The notes under the pieces were generated by a model, which worked only from the letters and a program-made list of their open reading frames with translations, searched no databases and had not been told where the DNA came from. The translations under genes and the position numbers were made by a program. Below, in pieces: positions 47,089 to 59,711 of a stretch of 64,000 nt of DNA; the first letter of the stretch is position 1, and every line of letters starts with the position of its first letter. This DNA comes from Planctomycetota bacterium (GTDB lineage Bacteria > Planctomycetota > UBA1135 > UBA2386). The stretch is from positions 1,088,001 through 1,152,000 of the forward strand of contig OZ245838.1 of assembly GCA_965228735.1 (NCBI GenBank). Reading direction: 5' to 3'.

Positions 47089-47994
47089 ATGTCCGCGTCC
47101 CCGTTCTCGCACGTCCTCCCCGCGATCACGACCCCGTTCCAGGACGACGATTCCGTCGACCACGACTTCCTCAAAAAGCACGCCCGCTGGCAGCTCGACA
47201 ACGGCTGCTCCGGCATGATCCCGCTCGGTTCGCTCGGCGAAGGCGCGACGCTCGACTTCGACGAGAAGGTCGCGATCCTGCAGACGCTCGTGCAGGCGTG
47301 CGGCGACCAGCCGGTCATCCCCGGCATCGCGGCGCTGAGCACGCGCCAGGCCGTCAAGCTCGCGGAAGCCGCGAAGGACAGCGGCTGCAAGGGCCTCATG
47401 GTGCTGCCGGCCTACGTGCACAAGGGCGAGCTGCGCGAGGCCAAGGTGCACATCGACGCCGTCATCCAGGCGACCGATCTGCCGTGCATGCTCTACAACA
47501 ACCCGCCGGCCTACGGCACGGACTTCACGGCGCCGTTCATCGCCGAGCTGGCGAACGAGCACAGCAACCTCCTGGCGGTGAAGGAGTCGAGCGGTGATGT
47601 GCGTCGCATCACGGCGATCAAGGCCGCGGTCGGCGACCGTCTCAATGTGCTCGTCGGGCTCGACGACATCCTCGTCGAAGGTGTCGCCGCGGGCGCGAGC
47701 GGTTGGGTCGCCGGGCTCGTGAACGCGTTCCCGAAGGAGTCGGTGCAGCTGTTCGAGCTCGCGCGGGACGGCGACTTCAAGGCGGCCCACGAACTCTACC
47801 GCTGGTTCCTGCCGCTGCTGCGGCTCGACACGGTGCCGGAGTTCGTGCAGCTCATCAAGCTCGTGCAGGCGAAGGTCGACCAGGGCAGCGAACGCGTTCG
47901 CCTGCCGCGGCTGCCGGTCACGGGCGGCATGCGCGAGTGCGCGCTCATGGCGATCGAGACGGCGATCCAGAGCCGCCCCGGGGGTGCACGGTGA
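47089..47994 (+). CDS. DapA-family lyase, likely 1-pyrroline-4-hydroxy-2-carboxylate deaminase (HypD/LhpC-like)
   Basis: PAITTPF, GSLGEG, LYNNP.AY, KESSGD.RRIT, GLDD, GWVAGLVNAFP, YRWFLPLL.LD. Confidence 0.85.
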   Translation: MSASPFSHVLPAITTPFQDDDSVDHDFLKKHARWQLDNGCSGMIPLGSLGEGATLDFDEKVAILQTLVQACGDQPVIPGIAALSTRQAVKLAEAAKDSGCKGLMVLPAYVHKGELREAKVHIDAVIQATDLPCMLYNNPPAYGTDFTAPFIAELANEHSNLLAVKESSGDVRRITAIKAAVGDRLNVLVGLDDILVEGVAAGASGWVAGLVNAFPKESVQLFELARDGDFKAAHELYRWFLPLLRLDTVPEFVQLIKLVQAKVDQGSERVRLPRLPVTGGMRECALMAIETAIQSRPGGAR

Positions 47995-49580
47995 GCGCCG
48001 CCGATCTGACGGGTGAGCACTTCGTCGCGGGCGCAGGCGCGGCCGGGGCCGGCAGCGGAGGCTTCACGGCGTTCGACGCCATGACCGGCAACGCGCTCGA
48101 GCCGACGTACCGTGAAGCCTCGGTCGAGCAGGTCGACGCGGCCTGCGAAGCCGCGAATGCGGCGTACGCCGAGCTGCGCACGGTCGAGCCGAGCGTGCGC
48201 GCGGGGCTGCTGCGCGCGATCGCGGACGGCCTCGAAGGCCTCGGCGACACGCTCGTCGAACGCGTGATGCAGGAGACCGCGCTGCCGCGCGCGCGCGTCG
48301 AGGGCGAGCGCGGTCGCACGATGGGTCAGCTCCGGCTCTTCGCCGACCTGATCGACGAGGGCTCCTGGGTCGACGCCTACATCGACCACGCCGATCGGGA
48401 TCGACAACCGATGCCCAAGCCCGACCTGCGGCGGATGCTGATCGGCCTCGGCCCGGTCGTCGTGTTCGGCGCGAGCAACTTCCCGCTGGCCTACTCCGTG
48501 GCGGGCGGCGACACGGCGTCTGCCCTCGCGGCCGGCTGCCCCGTGATCGTGAAGGGCCACCCCGCGCACCCGGGCACGAGCGAGCTCGTCGGTCGAATGA
48601 TCCGCGACGCCGTCGCGGCGGCCGGACTGCCGGCCGGGACGTTCTCGCTGCTGCACGCGCGGTCCAACGAGATCGGCAGCCGCCTCGTCGAGCACCCGCT
48701 CGTCAAGGCCGTTGGCTTCACCGGTTCGCACGGCGGTGGCCGGGCGCTGTTCGACCTCGCGAACGCGCGGCCCGAGCCGATCCCCGTGTTCGCCGAGATG
48801 GGCTCGATGAACCCGGTCGTGATCCTGCCCAACGCGCTGCGGCAACGCGGCGCCGAGATCGCCGGCCAGCTCGCGGCCTCGGCGACGCTCGCGAGCGGTC
48901 AGTTCTGCACGAGTCCGGGACTCGTCCTCTGGTGTGCCGGCGACGGCGCCGACGCGTTCCGCAACACGCTGCGCGATCAGCTCGTCGCGGCGGCCGCCGG
49001 CCCGACCGTCCATCCCAACATCCGCCAGGGCTACGAGAAGTCCATCGCCGAGCTCGCGGGCCTGCCCGTGGAGACGTTCGAGAGCGCCGCGACCGGCGGC
49101 GACATCGCGACCGCGGTCTCCCCGCGCCTGCTGACGGCCACGGCATCCGCCGTGCGCACGAACGCCCGCCTGCGCACCGAGATCTACGGCCCCGCGGTGC
49201 TCGCCGTCGAATGCGAGAGCCCCGCGGACCTGGCCGCGACGATCGCGACGCTCGATGGGCACCTGACGGGCACCGTGCACGCCGAAGGCGACGACCTGGC
49301 CGCGTTCGACCCCGCGGTCAACGCGCTGCGCGAACGCGTCGGCCGACTCATCAACAACGGCGTCCCGACGGGCGTCGAGGTGTGCTCGGCGATGGTGCAC
49401 GGCGGCCCATACCCGGCCGCGACCGACGCGCGATTCTCGGCGGTCGGTTCGACGGCGATCCAGCGGTGGGCGCGCCCCGTGTGCTGGCAGGACTGGCCGC
49501 AGGAGCACCTGCCGGCGGAGCTGCAGGACAGCAACCCGCGCGGGATCCGGCGGACGATCGACGGCAAGCCGCAGGGCTGA
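47991..49580 (+). CDS. NADP-dependent aldehyde dehydrogenase (2,5-dioxovalerate/alpha-ketoglutarate semialdehyde dehydrogenase)
   Basis: GPVVVFGASNFPLAYSVAGGDTASALAAGCP, GFTGS, EMGSMNP, GQFCTSPG, PTGVEV..AMVHGGPYPA; GTGA overlap. Confidence 0.92.
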   Translation: MSAADLTGEHFVAGAGAAGAGSGGFTAFDAMTGNALEPTYREASVEQVDAACEAANAAYAELRTVEPSVRAGLLRAIADGLEGLGDTLVERVMQETALPRARVEGERGRTMGQLRLFADLIDEGSWVDAYIDHADRDRQPMPKPDLRRMLIGLGPVVVFGASNFPLAYSVAGGDTASALAAGCPVIVKGHPAHPGTSELVGRMIRDAVAAAGLPAGTFSLLHARSNEIGSRLVEHPLVKAVGFTGSHGGGRALFDLANARPEPIPVFAEMGSMNPVVILPNALRQRGAEIAGQLAASATLASGQFCTSPGLVLWCAGDGADAFRNTLRDQLVAAAAGPTVHPNIRQGYEKSIAELAGLPVETFESAATGGDIATAVSPRLLTATASAVRTNARLRTEIYGPAVLAVECESPADLAATIATLDGHLTGTVHAEGDDLAAFDPAVNALRERVGRLINNGVPTGVEVCSAMVHGGPYPAATDARFSAVGSTAIQRWARPVCWQDWPQEHLPAELQDSNPRGIRRTIDGKPQG

Positions 49581-49595
49581 GCGACCGAACGGAAC

Positions 49596-50009
49596 TCAGC
49601 GCTGCCAGAAGCCCTGCTGCACGCCGGCCTGCAGGTAGACGGCGAACAGCTCGCCGCTCGGCATCGGCGTCGGGCCCATGGCGATCTCCGCGCCGTTCGC
49701 TGCCGCGCTGGCCACGGCGGCCTCGATGTCCTCGACGAGGAAGTAGGGGCGCACGACCGGGTCCTCCGTCGCGCGCATCGGGGCGCGAACGCCGACCGTG
49801 CCGCCGTTCGGCAGCTTGGCCGTGCGCGCGTTGCCGAGCTCCGGCACGGCGTCGCCGAACGTCAGGCCGTTGGCGGCGGCGTAGGTCGTGCACAGTTGGT
49901 CGACGTCGGGGGTGACGATCTCGAGGTAGTGGATCTGCATCGGGCGTGGTTCGGAGGTGCTGACGCAGGCGGTCAGCAGGGCAAGGACGGCGAGGGCGAG
50001 GGAGCGCAT
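49596..50009 (-). CDS. VOC/glyoxalase family protein, possibly with lipoprotein signal
   Basis: IHYLEIVTPD, GVRAPM...E.PVVRPYFLVEDIE..V..A...G.EI; upstream MRSLALAVLALLTAC. Confidence 0.8.
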   Translation of the reverse strand: MRSLALAVLALLTACVSTSEPRPMQIHYLEIVTPDVDQLCTTYAAANGLTFGDAVPELGNARTAKLPNGGTVGVRAPMRATEDPVVRPYFLVEDIEAAVASAAANGAEIAMGPTPMPSGELFAVYLQAGVQQGFWQR

Positions 50010-50019
50010 GTGGGGAAGA

Positions 50020-51492
50020 CTACGGCGTCGTGCCGCCAGCGAGAATGCGTTCGCGCAACTGATGCAATCGGGCGACGACGTCGGGGCGCTCGAGCCACAG
50101 GTTGGTCGCCTCGCCTGGGTCGTTGTCGAGGTCGTAGAGCTGACCCGCGGGCCCGTTCGGCGACGGTTCGAGCCGGCGCGGCTTGGAGAAGCCGCCCGAA
50201 CCGAGATGCGTGACGAGCTTCCAGCGCCCCGCGCGTACGACCGCGCCGCTGGCCTTGAGCAGGGTGTGTTCACGCGTGGTTGACGCCTTCGGATCGCGCA
50301 GAACCGGCACCAGGCTGTGGCTGTCCTCGCCGGCGCCGGCTGGCAGCGGCGCGCCGGTGAGCTCGGCGCAGGTGGCCATGAGGTCGGTGAAGCAGACCGT
50401 CTGGTGGGTGGTCGAGCCAGCGGGCGCGTTCCCGGGCCAGCGCACGACGAACGGCATGCGGTGGCCGCCTTCCCACGAGTCGCTCTTCATGCCGCGCCAG
50501 GGTCCCGTCGAACTGTGGCCGAGGCGCTCGACATCCGCGGGATACCAGACCGGGCCGTTGTCCGATGTGAAGACGATCAGCGTGTCCTGCGACTGGTCGT
50601 TGCGATCGAGCGCCTGCAGCACGCGCCCGACAGCGTCGTCGACGTCCGCGACGAAGTCGCCGTACATCCCGGCGCGGCTGCGACCCTCGGAGTCTGGCTG
50701 CGGCAGCCAAGGCGTGTGCGGCGCCGCGAGCGCGAGGTAGAGGAAGAACGGTCGGTCCGGGTCGTTCTGCGCGGCGTCGTTGAGAACCGCGATGGCCTCA
50801 TCGGTGAACTTCGGCAACACCTCGGCGTGCACGAAATCCGGCGCGAGCCCGCCCGCGCGCCAGAACGCGCCCTGGATGTTCGACCACCCGGCCGTCGCGC
50901 TGGCCTCGACCTCACCGCTCGGCGGCAGCACGGGCCGGCGATCGCGGATGTAGTAGTAGGGGGGAATGTCGAGGGAGGCGTGGATCCCGAAGAAGCTGTC
51001 GAACCCGCGATCGAGCGGCCCGCCGTGAAGTTCGTTCCGGTCCTGCACCTTGGCGCCGCCGTCGAATCCGAGGTGCCACTTGCCGACCATCGCCGTGCGA
51101 TACCCGCGGTCGTTCAGCAGGCTCGCGAGCGTCACGCGATCCTTCGCGATCACGGCCTGCCGACCGGCTCGAAACGCCTTCTTGCGCGCGGGGTATCGGC
51201 CTGTCAACAAGCCGTAGCGCGACGGCACGCACCAGGCGCCGGGCGAGTGCGCGTCGACGAACCGGACCCCCTCGTTCGCCAATCGGTCGATGTGGGGCGT
51301 CGCGATCTTCGAGTCACGGTTGAAGCAGCCCGGGTCGCCAAAGCCCATGTCGTCCGCGAGGATGACGACGATGTTGGGTGGGCGGCGCGGCAACGCTGCG
51401 TGATCCTCGTCTCCGTGGCGCTCGAGGGCGCAGCTCCCCAGCGCGACGACGAACGTGAGAAGCAGTGAGCAACGGCACAACACGGGCGACAT
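50020..51492 (-). CDS. Arylsulfatase (formylglycine-dependent), probable lipoprotein
   Basis: PNIVVILADDMG, CVPSRYGLLTG (CxPxR), GKWHLG, FTSDNG, WEGGHRMP, QLYDL..DPGE. Confidence 0.93.
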   Translation of the reverse strand: MSPVLCRCSLLLTFVVALGSCALERHGDEDHAALPRRPPNIVVILADDMGFGDPGCFNRDSKIATPHIDRLANEGVRFVDAHSPGAWCVPSRYGLLTGRYPARKKAFRAGRQAVIAKDRVTLASLLNDRGYRTAMVGKWHLGFDGGAKVQDRNELHGGPLDRGFDSFFGIHASLDIPPYYYIRDRRPVLPPSGEVEASATAGWSNIQGAFWRAGGLAPDFVHAEVLPKFTDEAIAVLNDAAQNDPDRPFFLYLALAAPHTPWLPQPDSEGRSRAGMYGDFVADVDDAVGRVLQALDRNDQSQDTLIVFTSDNGPVWYPADVERLGHSSTGPWRGMKSDSWEGGHRMPFVVRWPGNAPAGSTTHQTVCFTDLMATCAELTGAPLPAGAGEDSHSLVPVLRDPKASTTREHTLLKASGAVVRAGRWKLVTHLGSGGFSKPRRLEPSPNGPAGQLYDLDNDPGEATNLWLERPDVVARLHQLRERILAGGTTP

Positions 51493-51527
51493 GCCATGAG
51501 CGGACCCGCGTCCGCTGCCGACATCAA

Positions 51528-51974
51528 CTACCGCGCGCTCAGCACGCCGATCTCGCCGCCCCAGACGCCGGGCTTCTCCTCCCGAATCACGAGGATCGGG
51601 ATCGTCTCGGGCTCGAGGTCGATCGTGACGAATTGCGTCTCTGGTCCGCATTGGCGCGCCGGCGCGACGATCCCGCTCCGCGTGACCGAGCGATAGCCCG
51701 TCACCGTGACGGTGAGCGAGTACGTGCCGGGCCGTTCGAAACCACCGCGATACTCACCTTCACCGATCTCGCGCATCGGCTCGGAGTAGCCGCCGTCCTC
51801 GTCGGTCAACTGGATTGCCGCGCCCTCGACGGGCGCTGCCGTGCCGACGTCGCGCAGGTCGACGATCACAGCGGGCTCTGACTCCGTGGTGCACACCGGC
51901 AGCGGTCGCGCCGAGTTGTCACAAGCAAAGAGCAGCAGCAGCGCAGTGAACGACAGAACAGCGGCAGAACGCAT
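51528..51974 (-). CDS. Lipoprotein with carboxypeptidase-regulatory-like domain
   Basis: LLLLFAC lipobox; PVEGAAI...G.Y....RPGTYSLTV...GY. Confidence 0.72.
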   Translation of the reverse strand: MRSAAVLSFTALLLLFACDNSARPLPVCTTESEPAVIVDLRDVGTAAPVEGAAIQLTDEDGGYSEPMREIGEGEYRGGFERPGTYSLTVTVTGYRSVTRSGIVAPARQCGPETQFVTIDLEPETIPILVIREEKPGVWGGEIGVLSAR

Positions 51975-52383
51975 CCGTGCTTTCCTCGGGAATGAATTAT
52001 CTGGACCGATTTCGATCCTCGCCTGATGGATAGTCCCGCTGCTGAGCCGCGTAACGTGGCAGCCATCGCGCCGACGTAGATCAGGCCCTGCTTCCGAGCG
52101 GGACCGCTCTCGGCAGTGGCTTGGCAACCGCTCGCGCCATCGTCACCGCTTCGAGGCCGGGATCGGAACTCCGACGTTCGAAAGTCCTCTGGCAACGTGG
52201 TTCTCATCACCCCGCGGCATCGGCGGCAACGGCAGCGAGGCCACCCGCTCCTCCCGCGCGAGCCTCCGATTCACGCACAAACCGGAAACCGTCCCGGCAC
52301 TCGTCGACACCAACGACTCGACCGCGCGCATCGTTCGCGCCGGTGACCGAAGACCACACAGCCCCAACACCCTTCCAGATCTC

Positions 52384-52767
52384 ATGCGAAATCGATTGGC
52401 ATCGCTGATCCTGGCCGTCGCGGCCGCCCTTTCCTTCGCCCATTCCGTCGTCGCACAAGGCTCGGTGGATCCGGGCTCCCGTGCATGGCAGGTCGAGGTG
52501 AACGGAGTCACCAGCGAGACGGAGGTCATGCTCTACAATCCGGATCCCAACGGCGACGGTACCTGGGGCACGTGGCACAACTTCGACGGCAACCACACCT
52601 ACGGCTACGGCGTCTACTTCTGGGATCCGTTGGAAGGCACGATCGAATACATCAACCAAAGCGACGAAGGCGGCGGCAACCAGACCGGCAAGTACCAGTG
52701 GGACGACGGCAAGTACGTGCGCGTCGAGGCTTCCCACCCAAAGGCACCGGACATCGTCCTGCACTAG
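52384..52767 (+). CDS. Small secreted aromatic/acidic-rich hypothetical protein
   Basis: Signal peptide ending VVA|Q; W/Y/N/D/G-rich mature part. Confidence 0.72.
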   Translation: MRNRLASLILAVAAALSFAHSVVAQGSVDPGSRAWQVEVNGVTSETEVMLYNPDPNGDGTWGTWHNFDGNHTYGYGVYFWDPLEGTIEYINQSDEGGGNQTGKYQWDDGKYVRVEASHPKAPDIVLH

Positions 52768-52772
52768 CGCCG

Positions 52773-52930
52773 TGCGGGCCGACCTGCGCAAGAAGCGCGG
52801 GTCAGATGCATGCGCGGGATGCTCAATGGCCTGGCCAGGCCACGCCGGCTGTCGCTTGCGCCCGACCTGCGAGCATCGGCGGCGAGTGCGCCGCGGGCCC
52901 TCCTAGCTACGAGCACCCACTAGTAGCCCC
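52773..52930. repeat. ~158-bp direct repeat copy 1, including a copy of the nrdJ 3' end
   Basis: Aligns ungapped to 53184-53341 (offset 411). Confidence 0.9.
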
Positions 52931-53084
52931 ACGGGACCGCGGCGCCCGGCTCCAACCCAACTCGCCGAAGCCGCAAAGAACGACCAACCCAGCCGCCCCC
53001 AAAACTAGGGCGGCGGCTGGCGTAGCCAGGCACGCCAAAGCCGCCACCGCTCGTAAGCAGGTCGGATCAGCGCGTCCCTGGGTT

Positions 53085-53246
53085 GGCAGGTCGTTGAGTA
53101 TCCCGCGTGTGCAGCTGGGTCGTGATTCTCGTGCGGGTCGGCTCGCAGGAACGCAGGCGAATCCGCTGATTCGGCGAGGCTCCTGCGGGCCGACCCGCGC
53201 GAGAAGCGCGGGTCAGATGCATGCGCGGGATGCTCAATGGCCTGCC
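53085..53246 (+). other. Long imperfect hairpin (66-bp stem, 30-nt loop)
   Basis: 53085-53150 pairs with 53181-53246; by manual count 53 Watson-Crick pairs, 10 G-T wobbles, 3 mismatches. Confidence 0.85.
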
Positions 53247-53317
53247 CAGGCCACGCCGGATGTTGCTTGCGCCCGACCTGCGAGCATTGGCGGCGAGTGC
53301 GCCGCGGCACCCGTTCC

Positions 53318-53341
<24 letters not shown>
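53184..53341. repeat. ~158-bp direct repeat copy 2, overlapping the nrdJ stop
   Basis: Aligns to 52773-52930. Confidence 0.9.
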
Positions 53342-56923
<3,582 letters not shown>

Positions 56924-57318
56924 GCTGAATCCTCCTCCAAAGAGGCGTCTCGAAGGCGGGCCTCGAGGACGGGAATGCCACGTCGTTCATCTCCGTCCTC
57001 GGCGGAGAATCAGGCGCGCCGGTGTCTCATGGCCGTCCTGAGAACGGGAGCCAAGAGACGAGCCAACCCGGTTGGCTCCAGACTGGAGGCTACCGTGACT
57101 GGAACCTACCGGAAATGGCGCACGCTGACGGAACGACGCGGGGGACCACCCGCCGCGGAGTTGTGCCTTCGAGCTGAGAGCAATCGAAACGAATCTGTTC
57201 GGACCGGAGCCTGACCGTGGCTCCGGAACCCACCGCGGGGACCGCCGCTCCGTCTCGTGGCCACGCTTGCCAAAGTCGTGACCAGGCATGGGGGAGCGAC
57301 CGCATGCGCCGTAGGGGT

Positions 57319-57365
57319 CCACTATCTATTGCGTTCTACCGGCTGCTGCAACCCAGTGGTTGGGG
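57319..57365. promoter_or_regulatory. Tandem NrdR boxes upstream of nrdJ
   Basis: CCACTATCTATTGCGT (57319-57334) matches acaCwAtATaTwGtgt well; weaker AACCCAGTGGTTGGGG starts 31 nt later, the usual spacing. Confidence 0.68.
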
Positions 57366-57408
57366 AAAACTCGCGTTGCTTGCGAGATCCGCGTGCCGGG
57401 CTGGTCAG

Positions 57409-58245
57409 CTACGGCTTCGCAAGCCGGGGGTACCAGGCGCGGCAATTCTGCCCGAGCACGAGGCCTCGTTCGGCCGGCGAAAGCGCCGCGAACCAGGCGT
57501 TCGCCGTGGCCCACCAGCGCTCGTACGAACTTGCCGCGAGGCACACCGGCCAGTCGCTGCCGTAGAGCAGGCGGCCCGGCCCGAAGTGCTCGAGAACGTG
57601 CTCGTACGCGGGGCGCAGTTGCTCGGGTCGCCAGGTCTGCCAGTCGGCCTCGGTGACCATCCCCGAGACCTTGCACGCGATGTTCGGCAGCGCGGCCAGG
57701 GTCGCGATGTCGCGCCGCCAGGCGTCGAGCTCGCCGCGCTTCAGCGCCGGCTTGGCGAGGTGATCGAGCACGAAGCGCTGGTTCGGATGCCGCTGCACGA
57801 GCTCGACCGCCGCCGGCAGCTGCGGCGGGAAGACGAGCACGTCGTAGGTGAGGTCGTGCGCCGTCAGCGTGCCGACACCGCGGCTGAACTCGCGGCCCCG
57901 AAGGAAATCGACCGGCTCGGCTTGGGCGATGTGACGGATGCCGACCAGCCGGTCCCGTTCGGCCCAGCGCGCGACTTCGGCAGCGGCGTCGCCGGCGCGT
58001 AGGTCGAGCCAGCCGACAACGCCGAGGATCCACGGGGCCGCCGCGGCGAGGTCGAGCAGGAACTCGTTCTCGCTGTGCGACTGCGGCGCCTGGACCGCGA
58101 TGCTGCCGTCGAGCCCGGCGGCGTCGAGCTCCGGGCGCAGGTCGGCGGGCAGGAAGTCGCGCCGCAGCGCGGCCATGTCGTCGCCAATCCAGTCGTAGGC
58201 GACGGGATCGTAGCGCCAGAAGTGCTGGTGGCTGTCGATGCGCAT
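57409..58245 (-). CDS. Amidohydrolase family protein (L-fuconolactonase-like)
   Basis: IDSHQHFW, GVVGW, G.RH..Q.E, VLDHLAKP, CKVSG.VTEA, LYGSDWPV. Confidence 0.9.
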   Translation of the reverse strand: MRIDSHQHFWRYDPVAYDWIGDDMAALRRDFLPADLRPELDAAGLDGSIAVQAPQSHSENEFLLDLAAAAPWILGVVGWLDLRAGDAAAEVARWAERDRLVGIRHIAQAEPVDFLRGREFSRGVGTLTAHDLTYDVLVFPPQLPAAVELVQRHPNQRFVLDHLAKPALKRGELDAWRRDIATLAALPNIACKVSGMVTEADWQTWRPEQLRPAYEHVLEHFGPGRLLYGSDWPVCLAASSYERWWATANAWFAALSPAERGLVLGQNCRAWYPRLAKP

Positions 58246-58270
58246 GGCGGCGTCCCGCGGTTCCGGAGAA

Positions 58271-59368
58271 TCAGGCGATGCGGTGCTCTGCGATCACCTC
58301 GTCGCGGATCTGCAGCCCGACGCCGGGCTCCTGCGGCAGCTCGTAGTAGCCGTCCTTGACGGTGATCGGCTCGACCCACATGTCGTTGATCGACTCGTAG
58401 CAGTTCTCGACCATGATGCAGTTGGGCGTGGCCGCGGCGAGCTGCGTGTGCAGCTTGTGCTGCACGTTGGTGTGCGGGATCACGGGCAGGTTGTAGCTCG
58501 CCGCGAGCGCCGCGACCTCGAGCCACTCGTCGATGCCGAGCAGCTTGGTCGAGTCGGCCTGCACGTAGTGCACCGCGCCGGCCGTGATGTAATCGCGGAA
58601 CGACTCGCGCGTGAAGATCGTCTCGCCGACCGCGATCGGCGTCGTGATCGCATGCGCCAGCTCGGCGTGCATCGTCACGTCCTCGGGCTTCATCGGCTCC
58701 TCGAGCCACTTGACGTTCCACTCCTGCAGCCGGCTGCCGTACTGCTTGCCCTGCGCGAGCGTCCACGCGCAGTTGACGTCCGTCATGATGTCGATGTCGT
58801 CGCCGATCGCCTTGCGGACCGCGGCGATGCGCGCCATGTCCTCGCGCGGGTCAGGGCGGCCGAGCTTGATCTTCACCGCGTCGAAGCCGCGATCGATCAG
58901 CGCCTTGGCATCCGTGATGAGCTCGTCGACGCTCCAGCTGAGCCAGCCGCCGTCCGTGCTGTAGGCCTTGACCTTGTCACGACAGGCGCCGAGGTAGCGC
59001 CAGAGTGGCTTGTCGGCGTCCTTGCAGACGAGATCCCAGAGCGCGTACTCGACGGCGGCGAGCCCGACCCGAGCGGCGCCGACCCGGCCCGTGAAGTGGT
59101 TGGTGAAGAAGCACTCCTTCGTGATCGCCTTCCGCATCGCCGGGTCCTTGCCGACGAGCACGGGCGCATAGTTCTCGTCGACGGCGACCTGCGCCGCCTT
59201 GAGCCCGGGCGTGTAGCTCCAGTTCATCCCGTAGCCCGTGATCCCGGCGTCGGTCTGCAGGACGACCTGCAGGAACTCGACGTGGGTCACGCTGCTTTGA
59301 CTGTCGGTGATCGTGCGCTGCTTGAGCGGCACGCGGAGGAGCTTGGTCTCGACGCTGGTGATCTTCAT
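58271..59368 (-). CDS. Mandelate racemase/enolase-superfamily acid-sugar dehydratase
   Basis: ALWDL, VKIKLG (KxK), MTDVN, WLEEP, AVGE, PGVG. Confidence 0.9.
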   Translation of the reverse strand: MKITSVETKLLRVPLKQRTITDSQSSVTHVEFLQVVLQTDAGITGYGMNWSYTPGLKAAQVAVDENYAPVLVGKDPAMRKAITKECFFTNHFTGRVGAARVGLAAVEYALWDLVCKDADKPLWRYLGACRDKVKAYSTDGGWLSWSVDELITDAKALIDRGFDAVKIKLGRPDPREDMARIAAVRKAIGDDIDIMTDVNCAWTLAQGKQYGSRLQEWNVKWLEEPMKPEDVTMHAELAHAITTPIAVGETIFTRESFRDYITAGAVHYVQADSTKLLGIDEWLEVAALAASYNLPVIPHTNVQHKLHTQLAAATPNCIMVENCYESINDMWVEPITVKDGYYELPQEPGVGLQIRDEVIAEHRIA

Positions 59369-59376
59369 GGGTCAGT

Positions 59377-59706
59377 TCAATCCTGGTGGAACATCTCGGT
59401 CATCGCGGCCCACCATTCGCCGGCCTTGCGGTCTTCGTGGGGGATCTGCATGGGCTCCATGATGTCCCACCATTCGCGCATGCGCGGGGCCTCGGCGAGC
59501 GTCGCCAGGCGCTGCTCGTACTCCTCGGGCGGGCCGACGTACTCGTAGTAGGCGAACAGATCGCCCGCATGGTGGAAGATCGAGTAGTTGCGGATGCCGG
59601 CCGCGTGGATGGCGGCTTCGATCTCGGGCCAGATCTTCTCGTGGTACTTCGCGTATTCCTCGAGCCGCGCCGAATCGAGGCCGAGCCGGAAGCCGTGGCG
59701 TTGCAT
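59377..59706 (-). CDS. L-rhamnose/L-fucose mutarotase family protein
   Basis: EEY..YH..IWPE.......GIRNYSIF....LFAYYEY, WW..M. Confidence 0.9.
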   Translation of the reverse strand: MQRHGFRLGLDSARLEEYAKYHEKIWPEIEAAIHAAGIRNYSIFHHAGDLFAYYEYVGPPEEYEQRLATLAEAPRMREWWDIMEPMQIPHEDRKAGEWWAAMTEMFHQD

Positions 59707-59711
59707 CGCCG

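Noticed and set aside
56924..57318. Cobalamin riboswitch upstream of nrdJ
   Set aside because: No convincing B12-box or conserved core seen by eye; kept only as an unassigned structured leader
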